A DNA stretch of 64,000 nt from Iphione sp. A-MEVVRFRX5 (taxonomy: Eukaryota), in NCBI GenBank assembly GCA_976226885.1, contig OZ320319.1:45818001-45882000 (forward strand), written 5' to 3'. Under the pieces are notes generated by a model. That model worked only from the letters and a program-made list of their open reading frames with translations. It searched no databases and was not told where the DNA came from. Shown in pieces: positions 1 to 13,830 of this stretch (within the stretch, counting starts at the first letter, position 1; the number at the start of each line of letters is the position of its first letter). The translations under genes were made by a program, and so were the position numbers.

Positions 1-2709
1 AGCCTTTCAGCTGATTAAACATTACCGTGTTTGTGAACCATCCAGGAAAATTTATGTACATCTGATATGATAAAAATCATAATCTGATCTCCCAGAAAGG
101 TACTAAAGTAGCACTCGATCCTGTGGGAAACTCAACTAAGAGGGCAACCCAGCATTAAAGGCAAACTTAATATACTTATAAAGCATTTTCTATATAGCAT
201 ACTTATAGCATTTTCTTTAATATGAAATCATGCAGCTAGACAACCTGCAGATTCAGGCTCTTGGTGCCACTGGTGATCTATATTCCGAATCGCTACTATA
301 CTTAATTATGGTCCTTACAGAAACCTCAGCAATGACAAAGACATGACAATACAGTTTGTTAGTAGCTGTAGCAATGCCAGTTATAGTGGAAACATTTGAC
401 TTCCCTGTTAACCCATACCAGATCGGCCATACAGAACTTGGGCAGATGTGCATGATGGTAACAATGGCAGGAGTCACATATTAACCCCGGTATCCAATTC
501 TTTCATTTTGGGTAAAATACATAGGGGCACTGTATACAACTTATAGTCATATCAAATTTAGAAGTTAAGATGCAGTAACCATGGAGATGTACTAACATGA
601 CCTATAAGTAGCTCACAAATTTAAAATAATCTTTAATAGTTACACGTATATACATACACATAAACCTTATACCTGTATCCAAAACAATACACTTTAAGTA
701 TATCATTGATATCTGCAATGAATTAAAGAATAGTTTCTACCAGGTTTCTTCTGAAGATTTCATGATTCAAGACCAAGGAAAATACAAGACAAATGATCCT
801 TTTTTTGCAGTCTCCCTTATTAGGATGTACAATAAAGCACAACTGTTTCAAATTATTATATGATTACTACAATTTTTCTTTACAACTAACTACTGTCTTC
901 TGTCACTTCCCTGCATAGAAATATGGAGGCAAAAGTTAAGTTAGTTGCATACGAAATTGTGATTCTGATAGATATTTTTAGTTAGGCATAATCATTTCTA
1001 TTTTTATGATATCCCACAATGCTTCCAATTTGTATCATTGATGCTGGGATGAAACATGTAAACTTAGTGATCTTGATTAAAAGTTTCTTGATTACAAACA
1101 GAGATACATTAGGTATTATAACACTGCAAATCTCCCAGTGAACTTTTCTAATCAAAGTTTTCCCTCTAGAAACATTATTTTTTAAGGTTTCCTACCAAAT
1201 GTGTAGATTTACATACATTTGTATTAATTCTACTGAAAATAATGTCTTTCAATCCTGTCATGTTACCATAGTAACCAAAGACAAAGTCAAAAGTGATCAA
1301 AATTCATATGATCCGTGGACTTTAATATAATAGATACCATCATACATGTCTTACACAGTTAAATCCAATACAAAGGATATGTTGAACCACGCTTTGTCAC
1401 ACGAATCTCCTTAATTTTGTCAGTCTGGAAGAGGTTAATGCAGGTTGTAGAGAAAGTACAGCTTTCCACATCACACTAAGATGAATTTGAACATTGTTAA
1501 GCACATTGTAGTATCTATTAAATTGTCGAACACGTTAAAGTATAACCTAAAGATAAAATATTATTTCAAGAAATCACACAGTATCACAAAAGAGCGATAA
1601 CTCACTAATTTTGACGCTGGAAGCTGTGGTTTAAACATGACCTTTATATAATTTTTCCACAATATATATAGACCATGTCTACAATATTTGAAGTAAGGCT
1701 TGGTTTGATCCACACTCCGGTTTGTCGAATTTATGCCGCCACTGACTATTTCATAGCAGTGTCCTCTATACTGTCCTGTGAGATGAAACAATGGCACAGA
1801 AGTCAATTAATCAAAATGTTTGCACAAAATGTATCAAATATGATAATAGTGTATAAGTGAGAATACTGCTAACACAATACTGAATGGATAATTTTGCCAA
1901 ATAATGACATTTTCCACTGATGAAATATATTGAATTTCATACATATATAAGTATCATCAGGTTGCATTATGCATGAGCAGTCGTATTGAGTATTTACGTG
2001 GAGTTTCTGACAGATAATAAAGGCTACCAAGAAAAGAGGGTGAGGAACATCTACAGTAGAATATGTAACAGCAAAGGGACTAGAAAGAAAATATACGGCA
2101 ATAGGGAAATCCACAAAAGCAGAAGCATTTTAACATGGATTTATAGACATGGTCCTGTCTTTGCCTCTCCCTAAAGTGAGATGTCTCGATTGGGGTGTAA
2201 CACAGTTGTGTTATAATTGAGAAAAAATATAACGCCATAAGACAATTGGCAATTTGGGATTAAGAATGTATTATTATATAGCGTCCAACTAAAAGTATTG
2301 AACGACAGAGCATTTGGTAATAGGATAAGGCTCTAGGGAGTATACAAACGACACCTGGATGACTACAATACAATGTACCTATTACATGGCAGGGACAAAG
2401 TACATGCAAGGCACCTGGAGTTAACAAGCATTGAGAACATCTGCTGTGTTTTGAGATATTTAAAGTAAATGACAGGAAGTTGGGGGCTCTTAGAGTAATG
2501 AATAGCCAATTTACATAAATTTTGATGATACTTCATGATGTAAATTCATTTGGGTATACAGTCGAACCCCGTCTACCGGGGTCGCATTAAACATAAACGC
2601 ACTGCGAAGAGTAGTAGCATATGTAGATGGATGATTTCAGCTGGATAGACACTGGCTATCACATGATAGATGATATGAAATATATCCTAGTTTGCGTATC
2701 TTTGCATTA

Positions 2710-2910
2710 AAAAACTTGGTTACACAGATTTCGACAGAATTCATTGAGATCTATGTAAAAAAAAAAATCATAGTTTACACAGATTTGTACAGAATATCTC
2801 GAGATCTATGCCAAAAACTTGTAGTTTACACAGATTTGGACAGAATTCCTGGAGATCGGCACAAAAAACTCGAAGTTTACACAGATTTGGTCCAAATTCC
2901 TTGAGATCTC
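2710..2910. repeat. Minisatellite, ~51-55 bp unit x4
   Basis: Anchor TTACACAGATTT recurs at about 2720, 2775, 2826 and 2877, each followed by AGAAT..GAGATC. Confidence 0.8.
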
Positions 2911-3752
2911 TATTCTCTCTCTCTTACTTTTGAATTACAAGGGTTGTGCAATTACTATTATGCAAGTTTTCCCTGCCAGGAGATGCATGAGTAGAGTTTT
3001 CGGAAACCAGATATTTTATCAACCATATAAATTTTCAAAAAACGAATGCACTCCAGTTAAAGAGGTTCAACTGTATCTACCCAAGACAAGCATTGAGAGT
3101 CTGCTGAGTAGAAGCTATTAGCCTAGGATATGCACTCTTTCAACAACAATTACCAAAACTTCCAAACTGTATTTGAGTTGTATCGAGCTGTACTTTGTTA
3201 CAGAGGGAGTCCGGAATGAAAGATTCCACTGTATATGTACAAGAGGCTGGTGGAGTATGGATATATGGAATTTAATGGTAAGAAGTGCTATGCAAGTTAT
3301 AAAACACCAGCTGACCATTAAGTAAAGAAACTCTTAAATTGGATTTTGAGCATGCAGTGGCGCTGTTCTTAAAATATTCATCTAAAATAAAAGTAAAGGG
3401 CTAAAGATGAGTCCATGTCATCCATGTCATCAGGATCTAGTAATGCTTTGGTTGAGAAAGATTCAAAATGAACTTATGAAGTATTAAAATGTAAGGATTA
3501 CCCGGATGAGTTCAACCTTTCAGTTCACGTCTTTCTCATATGCAATGTCCTGCAAGGTGAATAATGACACGTTATGTCAAATAACTACGGGATACTGAAG
3601 AAACCTAAAGTAATGCTGTGGGATCAAATTCGGGAAATCAGCTAGTTTCCAACTTTTAAGCTACCCGATATGAAAAGTAAGCACTACAGTTGGCACACTG
3701 CAATATAAATGGACTTCTCTCTCTGAGGGAACCTAATACTTAGCATAAACCC

Positions 3753-3758
3753 TTTATT
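3753..3758 (-). terminator. Candidate polyadenylation signal of BPHL
   Basis: AATAAA on the minus strand about 150 nt past the stop codon; position only. Confidence 0.35.
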
Positions 3759-3903
3759 AATATATATATTTTCAGAATGTGCAATCGTGTGAGGAGTGTA
3801 GTTATATGGCTCGACTGAGAGGTTTACCAGTAATGACATCATCATGGAAGATTTCCTACACCCTGTAAACCACCAGTGCAAGTACCAAAGGTACCTGTTT
3901 TCT

Positions 3904-4039
3904 TTAAGACAGTTTAGACTTACTGGTTAATCTTACCTGAAAAGATTTGGGATTGATGACAAAGTGCTCGATGAGGCTATTAATTTTTTTGTGGTATTTC
4001 ATATGAATGTTGTGCTTTCCATCTGGGAAGAAAACAAGC
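3904..4039 (-). CDS. BPHL: BPHL-like hydrolase exon 7 (last; catalytic His in GKHN)
   Basis: Acceptor tttcag; phase 2 matches exon 6; encodes (K)LVFFPDGKHNIHMKYHKKINSLIEHF...SKSKLS*, similar to the BPHL C-terminus LHLMPEGKHNLHL. Confidence 0.9.
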
Positions 4040-4652
4040 CTGAAAGAAAACATACATGCCACTCTTATTTCTGAGTATGGCTGGATTGAAACATCATTCA
4101 TAGCACTGAGTGAATGAAAGCTGGATGTTCTGTCATCTTCTTATACCTTACAACATACTGAGCTTGCATAAATGAAAGAAGATGAAGAGAGTCACTATCT
4201 TAAATATTTGATGCCATGACGTGACACTTACCATGAATGAAAATTATTCTTTTCGGAAATGATTAAAACTGGAAACTTTTGCTTATATCTGACTGGTATC
4301 AGACCTCCTCTCTTGATCTACTTTGGTGGGTGAGATTTGACAACATTACATTTAGCATCATCATGAAACCCTGTGCTAAGATCCAGATGTGGACTTCACA
4401 TGTACACGTACAATGTGTGTTAATTTTGTAACACTAAAAGTAGAAATATTCATAACGTCACTGAAAAATTGTTTATTGTCTAGGGTCTTGACACTTTTGT
4501 CCAGCTAAAAGAGGTTTTTCACTCAATTAAGATCCACCGTCTATGTCAATCTGAAAAAAAACCTGAGAGATGATTTTAGCTTGGGTCCTCACCATTTATT
4601 TCATATGAACGAGACTCATACAACTCCAACTGCTAACAACTATATCACTTAC

Positions 4653-4797
4653 TTTGCCAGAGTACGTTTCCTGACGATCTCCCATATGCTATCAACTTGA
4701 TACCGAGGAACCAAAGCATCCTTCTCCCCATGAATTAGCAGCACTGGACAGGAGACCTGCTCCAGGTCGTTCGTACATATTTCACCCTTGATACCAT
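4653..4797 (-). CDS. BPHL: BPHL-like hydrolase exon 6 (catalytic Asp in HGEKD)
   Basis: Not in the ORF track; found by hand. ttacag acceptor, gtaagt donor, 145 bp; encodes GIKGEICTNDLEQVSCPVLLIHGEKDALVPRYQVDSIWEIVRKRTLA; phases fit both neighbours. Confidence 0.92.
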
Positions 4798-6279
4798 CTG
4801 TAAAGCGCAGGTTTATAACTCAGGTTAAGAACGGTTTTTTTCATATCACACCAAAGTACCACTCTGGCCTATGCAGGTGTGGCCCGTATGGTTATGTAGC
4901 TACATGCCAATTGTCTATACTGTTAGTTTTCTCAGTTTCGTACAAGAAAAATATTTTTTTCCCATTTTTGGCAAATCATCGTAAAAATATACATATGTAT
5001 ACCGAAAAAATCCGCATCAGAGTAACTGCCACAAGTTGAAAATTCAAGAGAATACTAAGAAAAAATAACATCACTGAGAATGCCACTGCTGTTGCAGGTG
5101 ATCTTTTGTTACAGTTGACATCAAGACCCCTTTGTCAGTTGACCCTTATCAAAGATCCGAATTCTTTTTCCTCTGAGGAGTGCATTCGTTTTCACTTTCT
5201 GTTCCAGGCCATATCACCGAGCCGTAGATGACAAAGCAGACATGAGAACCTTGTGGACATTTTCAGCTAAGTCCTAAACCTCTCCATAAAGTGGCGCTCC
5301 ACTCTATACACACATAATTGAGAATCGCTTTAAGATTAGATCACATGGAAGACTACACTGGGTGAGAGACCAGAATGTTTAAGACCCAAAGAGACTTAAA
5401 TATGCATACCTGTGACTCCTCATGTAACAAAGAGTTGGAGAGATCGCTATTTTGGTCTCCTAGGCGGGTGTCAACTGTATATTCAGGTAAGGATAACCAG
5501 GCATGTGGACAGGATTAGGGCAACGGTTTTACATGGGAAAGAATATGTGGGGCAGAACTGTACCGAGCACAGGTATAGTCCTGAGCAGGGTTATCTAAAT
5601 CCATTTATATGAGATATAAAGCCACCAGTGGCTGCTACCATTTGGCCCTGCCTTCCCTAAGCTGAGCACCACTACAGATCTCTCATCTTACATGGATCTT
5701 CAAAGGTCTGTCCCCAACAAGGATACGGACTTTATCAGGAAAAGTATGAAAATTCATCTTTTGGGGCTAAACTAGACCTTCTCTAATATCAGATGGAAAT
5801 ACAGAATGCGAGTTGAGTCGGCTACACCATGACTCGACCACCAACTGCCTCGGCTGCTACCTGTCTCAGCCGCCGACTGACTTGGCCGCTGACCAAGTTG
5901 GAAGCCTATTTCCAATAACATTACACCGATTTTCATGCAACAAACGCCATTTTATAGCTAATGATGCAAGGAATGCACTTTTTAACAGTTTTATTCGAAA
6001 TTCTGGGATGAATGCATGGCCTACCCCCTAATCCAAGATGGCGGCTGTGATATAATGGGGGGGGGGTTGTTGGGGGGCTTAGCCCTCAAAATTTAGGGAA
6101 ATAAATTAGTAATTAGGGTTAGTGTTGGATTTAGAAAATCAAGAAAAGGGTCATGGTTAGGGTTAGCATTATTTTATTAGATTTGTAATGAAGTTAAATG
6201 CCTTTTGTCATTGTCAACGTCATTGTGACGTGATACAAAAAGGTGGGGGCAGGCTGCTATAGCGCATTCCCTCCCAGAA

Positions 6280-6421
6280 NNNNNNNNNNNNNNNNNNNNN
6301 NNNNNNNNNNNNNNNNNNNNNNNNNNNNNNNNNNNNNNNNNNNNNNNNNNNNNNNNNNNNNNNNNNNNNNNNNNNNNNNNNNNNNNNNNNNNNNNNNNNN
6401 NNNNNNNNNNNNNNNNNNNNN
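6280..6421. other. Assembly gap (N run)
   Basis: 142 N. Confidence 1.
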
Positions 6422-6913
6422 ATATCAGGGGTATCAGTTGATACCCCCCACAGAAGCCAGGAGTTCCACCCAGAGAAAAAATATCTTAGAGGCAGTGAGG
6501 AAAAGTGAAAAAATGTGAGGAAATGCGAAGAAATATGTTGATTACTTGTCAGGAGGTCTTCTTCCTTAATTTCCCATTATCCCACACCCACACCCCCCCA
6601 CACACACTCTACCGAAATATATGGTACCCTTTATGAATAAAGCTATCAAGGATCAAGACATGTTTAAAGTTAAGTAATGCAGGGAGTTTATCTTGATATC
6701 AATGCTGCTACCCGTATTATGTATAGCTATATTAAATAAAAACTGCAATGACATCAAGGAAACATACTTCAATTTTCATAAATGTCATTAAGATGTCAAA
6801 CATTTTTGGAGGGTCTTTTTGGAGCATATTTTCATCTTAGGAATTACAGGGCTTAAGCACAGGTGTAATTAAAAGTCAATATAACATTTACTTGCTGTTG
6901 ATAGATTACTTAC

Positions 6914-7045
6914 TTTTGTTATTGTGTATGTAACAGTTGTAGGCATCCACCCAGTCACTAGCTATTTGGCGAAAATACTCTTTATCATAAACATCCTCAA
7001 AAGGTTTGCGCAAACGTGGGCTCCAGTCATCGATATTCCTTATGC
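6914..7045 (-). CDS. BPHL: BPHL-like hydrolase exon 5
   Basis: ctatag acceptor, gtaagt donor, 132 bp; IRNIDDWSPRLRKPFEDVYDKEYFRQIASDWVDAY is similar to BPHL IRDVSKWSERTRKPLEALYG. Confidence 0.93.
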
Positions 7046-7307
7046 CTATAGAAATAAACATAAATAACAATAACCAATCAGCCACCATGGTAACAATGTA
7101 ACTTGCATGTAGCAAGTTTAAATCTTCAATGGTCAAAGTGATTGATTATCTAATACTGAAAGTAGATTTCCCCATTTTCTATGGACTTGTGAAACGAAAA
7201 TGCTAATCTGAATGTAAGCTACTCACACAGGATGTAAATTCCACGTGCAATCGTCTGTGCATATACATATATATCAACGAAGTTTAAATGACAGAACAAA
7301 AGTAAAT

Positions 7308-8300
7308 ATACTGGAAACCTTCATAAAAGACGCCCAGCTACTGCAGATAGCTCCTGCTGAGGACGGAATTCGTCCAGAACGGTACAAAAACACTTTATTT
7401 CATGTCTAAGACTGCCCGCCTACAGCGGACACTCACGTACTGCACACATCTGCCCGCATTTTACGCTAATTTTACAGTGTTTACACTTGACAATACCTCT
7501 ACCAATGGTAATGGGGAGGATCGACATGGCAGGGATGGCCACATCCTCAGATCTACCCATACCTGACACCCTGGAGGATCTCCTGCCCCTTTGAAAGGTA
7601 TCCACACCTAGGAGAGGGAGTGAGCGGGCAGGCTTATACTGTGAATCAGTGGGTTTATACCGCAAATCAGCAAGTTTATAGCAGAGGTATTATTGCCATG
7701 ATCATCCTGTTATCATGTTTACACCTTGCAATACCTTGAGATCACACATCTTCGGGTCATACTCATTGTCTAAAGTGTGACTATGACCATGCAAGTTGGG
7801 TAAAAAATGGCAAAGTTCATGCAAAGTCGGGTGGAAAACAGCAAAACTGACAACATTCATGCCGATTTGGCGGAAAATTAACAAAACTCATGCAAGTTCA
7901 GCCACAAAACGGCGATATTTATGCAAATTCAGCCGAAAAACAGTGAAATTCTATTTACTTTGTTAGGGTGGGAAAGGGGTCAAGCACCTCCATAGGGACA
8001 TCCCAGAAGTGAGAGTGAGGGGCGCAAGGACAAATAACCAGAGGTGTGAGATGTAGGCATGACTTAGAGTTAGAGAGGGCTGCCAGGAGGACAATACCCA
8101 GAGATGTGAGATATAGGCGCTACCTGGAAGGGTAGAGGGTTGGCACAAGGACAATAGCCATAGGTGTGAGATACAGGTGCCACCTGGAAGGGTAGAGGGC
8201 ATACAGGAGGACAATACCATGTTTACTCCATTTCCGGCTACTGCGGACAACCCCTACTGCAGACACAATGGTGACAGTCCCTTCATTCTCCGCTGTATAT
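7308..8300. mobile_element. Degenerate Tigger/pogo-type non-autonomous element with an internal ~59-bp tandem repeat (about 8020-8220)
   Basis: Shares CAGCGGACACTCA and GCGGACAACCCCTAC motifs with the MITE at 20352-21023; boundaries approximate. Confidence 0.45.
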
Positions 8301-9499
8301 GGTTTGTACTGTATAAATGCTTACTAGTATAGTCTAGATACCCGTGCTACAAGTGAGACAATGGTGAGATGACTAAATGTCAGTTATTCATGTCTCTATA
8401 AGTATTTCTAAAACGTTTAACACAATAATGATGTTGCAAGTACGCACGATATATAGTATCCTACAAAATTCTACTGTCCTTCTCAGTCAAGGTTCCCCTA
8501 CATATTACATGAGACAGTATCAATTACCATTTATGATTATAAGATTAATCATGTCATCGGTGAAGTCCTTCAAGTGATATGCCGTGTGCAATCTAGTCAT
8601 TCTGTGGTTACGCCTCTGTGAGAGGACGTGTCCTTGCTCATTCCAGTAACCGAGTCAGTTTTCACGGCTCTACAATGATTCCTCGGGAATCTAGATCTGA
8701 CTCGTCCCTGCAAAGCCTACAGGGTTCAGCCAGAAATCAGGCCACCCTGGAAGTTCAAACTCCCGACTCGACATGCTCCTGGGTCAGGGTCTGGTGTCTT
8801 GGTATGTCTCTGAGCATAAGCCAGAGGCACATCCCTGGGGAATTTCTAGGCTCTACCGTCATTTTTTGGAAATCTAGAGCAGAAACACTGACTGGGTCCA
8901 AGCCACCCTGAAGGGTTTCGGCTAGAAATCAGGTTACCCTTAGAGCTTAGACTCCCAACTTGGCATGCACCTGAGCCTTAGCATAGGGCACATGCCTGTG
9001 AAATTTCTAGGCTCTATGCTGATTCCTCAAGAATCTACAGCTGAATCACTCATGACATCCCTATTAGTAGATGTTAGTCCAATGGGACACAATTGTCCTT
9101 GTTGTATCGCCCCTTCAGGTGCTCCTATGGGAGCTCAGCACAGATCTGACTGCAGGTTACTGGCCACTGTCAGCTGGTCACTGGCACTCTCCTCCTAGTG
9201 GATTGGTAGCTCAGCTTGCTTTGGTCCAATTGGACCCAAATTTGGATAGGCTTTTAAGGGAGGCCTGATCCATGGACATGTCAGATATCAAGGTTCTAGC
9301 CTGAGGCTAGGTGATGCTAGGGGCAGAACAGTATGTTCCAGTCTCTACCTTGGGGAGTTCCAGACCAGTTCAAGTCCAGATCCCCCTTTGGGCTGAAGTC
9401 CCTGATCCCTCTGTCTCTCATGTAAGAGTAGGCTGGGTAACACAGTATCATTTGGCTTTGTTATCCTATCAGGAGTTTGTGTAAAAAAGCCCAGTTGAC

Positions 9500-10150
9500 C
9501 CTAACGCAGGAACATACCTACACATACCTACTTCCTGGCTACTCACCCAGCCCATCCTTCGCTGCTGAGGCAAATCTTTAGCATACACACTGTCAGGTCA
9601 CTCTGGGCTATACACATACCTTTCCTCATAGCTCTATGTCTTCCCCATTGGACACTAGAGCTGGAACTACTGATGGTTCTGTACCACCCTGACCATGCTG
9701 CCTTGTGAACAAATGTGGCTGGAGTGAACAGCTATGCAAGGGTCTCTCTCACTCGCATAGAAGTCAACTCTAGCACCCCATGAACCTTATTATGGATGTT
9801 CCAGGCTGATCAGGCTGATCACTCACACACCTATTTGGGTATCTTAGGGCTACGAGGATTGGGCATACACCTTCACATTCTTAATTTGGAGCTTTACACC
9901 TGCTGAAGACTCATGCCTTTGCAAGCCCAGTCATCCAGAGTAATAGTACTCAATCACGATTGGTTGCATACCATGAGCTCCCCTTCCCCATGAATCATGC
10001 CAGCCTAGCCTTGTGGACTCCCTCTTTTGAGCCTTGGCTTCTCCCTAGGTCAAAACAGTGACAGATGCACTGTTTTTTCCCCAGCAGCACTCCTGGAAAA
10101 AAAGGGGAGGACCATATGATGACTGGAGTGCTTGGAGGGAGAGCCTCTTT
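9500..10150 (-). pseudogene. Possible highly decayed Gypsy protease-region remnant inside a larger unresolved old repeat (about 8600-12700)
   Basis: Minus-frame ASVTVL (DTGASVT-like) near 10050; raised GC; many stops. Confidence 0.2.
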
Positions 10151-13100
10151 TAGGACTACCCCATCTCAGTCAATGTCTACCAAGTTTGATGGGGGCTTAT
10201 GCTCCCTAGCCAGGGCCCTGACTAATTTTCCTTCCTCACACTTGGGCCATCTCTATGCTGCTTAGGCCCAGGCCTCAGAGGCTGGCAGTCATACCCCCTG
10301 ATCTACAGACTCGTTATTGTTGACGTGCATACTAAAGACCCCCTTTCATGACAGTCCTTGGGTCACCATTTGGACCCTTTCCTGTGTGTTAGGCAGCGGG
10401 GTCTTCCCAGACTTCACTTTCCCCTCAGCCTACCCTGCACCTCAAGGTACCATACAGTAGGCTACACTTCAGAGGTTTCTCGATCTATGATGGAGCCATG
10501 GTCCCCAGGTCAGAGACCAGGTCTAAGGGGTGTATTAGTTTGTATAACATAGACACAGGCTCAATCTGGGTGGAGATGGGTATGCTCTCCCTTAAACAGA
10601 TCAGGGGACCCACAGAACAGCCCATGGCTGACTGAGGGTTGAACTTCAGAACTATCACAGCATGCTCAGGCAAGGGGCCAGTCCTTGCCAGAGGCCAGTA
10701 CTGCAGAATATGGCACAGATCATAACCCTGGGAGTAATGGTCATACGAAAAGGAGGGGTGGGGGCACAGGTAGTCTGACCTAGCTGGAGAGTCACCTAAG
10801 ACCTGCCCCCTTGCACCAGGGAGTGCAGCCAAAGACAAAAACCTCTTTATTCTATCTGATCGGGTGATGGCTTTTCCATGGACCAAGGATAGGATTACAA
10901 GGCAGCCCCAAGACATGTCAAGAGCCCCCTCAATCCTAGCCACAAGCCAGATCATGAGGCAGGCCATACCATCACTCACACATTAGGGTCTTCACCCTTT
11001 CTTATCCCATAGGAGTAAACCTGTTATTCCCCAGGTACAAGTAAAACTTTGCAAAGTTTATTTCTATCTTTCTTCTGTTGGGATACCCTGCTATACACTT
11101 TGATGTTTCCAATCTGTAAAGGCACTAGCCCCGCTGGTAACAGGTTTCTCTGATCATCGATGGTTTATATGGCCAGGTGTCTCAGTGCATGAAGCAGGGT
11201 CTGAGTCTGATCATACTGTAACCTAGGTATGTTAAGTACTACTGCTTGTAGAGGTCATTCAGTGCAAGACTACAACAGGACTTGGGGTCAATGAGTGCAA
11301 CTTTTGGTGCCAATTACATACTGTCAGGTCAATGGGTACACTTTGATCACCTCATGGAAATCTCCATTATATGTACTCTATTACCCTGCTGTGATTGGTT
11401 GGAGACAAATCACCCGATCTCCCTTAGTTGTTAATAAAGCTATAATTGGCTATTGAGAGGTCACTCCATATCTCCTAATATGGGGGCAGCTCCCTGATGG
11501 GTGGAAAGAGTTCTATAACTTGTTACTTTGTATCTTTTACTGGAACATGTATGTTCATTGGCTGAGATCATTCTACTGACATGACACATTGTTGCAAATA
11601 ATGGAACTGTCTCGTGATTGGTCAGATAATGAGAATAGGCCTCTGATTGGTTGATTAGCACTTAGAAAGGGAATATAAACACTGGTATTGGAAGGAAATA
11701 AACTGCAACTTTATTAATCCACTTTACAATACAGTGCATAGTTAGGTGCTGTAGGTGCATAGTGCTCTCATAAGAGGAGCTCCACACTAAGGATAGCCCT
11801 GTGGGAGGGCTTTTCTTCTCTAGGGCAGTCACTGTATCAAGCAGCATACAAACTACAACTATCATGGAACACCCCAACCCATGGGTGGACGGAGAATTCA
11901 TGAAATATTAGTGTTAAATTTCTAAATGGAGAGAGATTTCAGCCATTTTGTCATTTACTTTTTTATGCTCCTCTATTATGACATCACAATGAGTGAAAAA
12001 TCCATCTGCAGTACCTGTTCCATCAATCTCTTGGTGGTGGGTCTATTATGCAGACTCATTCAACATACTCTTCCTCAACTTTTCCTTTTTGACCTTGAGT
12101 TTCCTCCTCCCCTTAGAAGCTTACAGGCCCAAGGTCCACAGAGCACTCGTATGAGACTCTTCATGCTTCCAACATCCTCTGGCTTGAGGACATGGGTCAC
12201 GAGTTTAGAAAGACCTTGGTTCCCCAAGTAGAAGATCACCATAGCTAATGAAACTGGTGCCTGTTCATGAGAATCTCTCACAAGATGCTGGTGTTCTGCA
12301 GTACCCTAGCTGTCCAAATACACTAAGACACAATGAATAGCAGTGGGCTATACACTAGCTGCTTCACACCTCACAGCACAAGGTCCACCTCTACTAGTGA
12401 GGCTCCCTAGATGGGTCCCCCACCAGACATAATCCTCAAGCCAGTAGGCTGGTCAGAAGAATTGACTTCCATGAGGTTATATAAGAGACTGGCGCCATCA
12501 AGGGACAATTTCGACACACAATCCTGGAAAGTGCAGCCTCAAGTTTACCCTCTCAGCTCATCACTGGCTTGTACTTAGGTGTTAAGCACTTGGAGACACA
12601 GTACTTGGAGACTGTGATTTTCCCCGATTTTGTTCTGTCTTAGTGTCTTGTATTGACTCTTTTCGCCCCTTCAGAGACTATGTTATTTAGCAATAAGTGA
12701 ACGTAGGTCTTGTTCCTTTTGAACTTGGAACTTGCATTCCCTTTCTCAGGAGGATTTGGACACTGTCCTTTTACTCCTTAGCCTTAGGGTTTTTGCAACG
12801 CTCACTCAGAGAGTTAAGCCAGTGTCTGGATGTCAGGATACAGACATGGTATATAAAGCATCCACTGAATGACATTACCAATCATGTGATTAATTAGTTA
12901 AATGAATTTATAATGTTCGACTATAATCAATCTAGTGATATTGGTGACATCATATCAAGAACCACCCTGAGAAATCTGAGGCTACTGTAGTATAGGCGTG
13001 CCTTTCCTCTACTACCCTGTTCTTTGGGCCTATTTCCCAGCACAAAACTTTACAAATAACAACTAAACTGCACACGACTCACCCATTGATATGACGTCAC

Positions 13101-13639
13101 CTATATCACTGGATTAATTATAGTAAACTTCAAAAATTTGTTTAATTAATAAGGTTTACAAGGGCTGGTCCTAAAACCCATGCAGTAAAATAGAATAGAG
13201 ATTATCTTCTTTTTTCTTCATTGACAAATAATGCATCAGGTGACATGGCTAAACTATAACAATTCACCCCATGCATCCAACTGGAAAAAAACAGGGTTAA
13301 CAGCCTTTCACTAATGGAGAAACGTGAAAGAGCACTTCCAAAGATCCCGGAAATATTTAAAGGGGATAGGAACAACAATGTACGAGGGTATGGAATTGAT
13401 CCCAGTAAACTGTCAAACATGGCTTGGATAATGTAACTCCAGGAGATATTCAAGAGTAGCACGTTCTTAGGGACAAATGTAGATGATGCAATAACATTAT
13501 GCAAAAAAAAATATGATTAATATATATAACGAGAGAGTTTTCCATATTCAGCCTGGATCTGAATACTGCAGACCTTCAATTGTTATTCGAACTATAATAG
13601 TATATATGTAGGTGCAAAGGGATACTGACAACTCTTACT

Positions 13640-13830
13640 ATGGTGGGGATATGTGTCGCAGACAAAATTTCATATGAGCACAATTTGGTGATAACTTTTT
13701 CGCCAGTGGGGAGAGTATGTCTGGCAGACGACTTTTCATGGGTGCAAGTGTTTGGTAACAAATTTTCCTAAAGGTGGGGTATGTATGTGTGGCAGGCTAC
13801 TTTTCATATGTGAAAGTGTTCCCCTACCAA
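13640..13830. repeat. Degenerate ~68-bp tandem repeat x3
   Basis: Recurrent (A)CTTTTCAT...TTTGGT and GTATGT.TGGCAG blocks. Confidence 0.5.

Noticed and set aside
253-2174. Short ORFs at the window start as a second host gene
   Set aside because: No recognisable homology, AT-rich, no coherent exon chain
3904-3918. SKL near the BPHL C-terminus as a peroxisomal signal
   Set aside because: The protein ends SKLS, so SKL is not terminal; the N-terminus looks mitochondrial
6110-6170. TTAGGG-like repeats as a telomere remnant
   Set aside because: Only two or three scattered units; more likely part of a small non-autonomous repeat beside the gap
13202-13504. 100-aa ORF as an extra BPHL exon
   Set aside because: Exons 4 and 5 already join in phase with continuous homology; no similarity to the family
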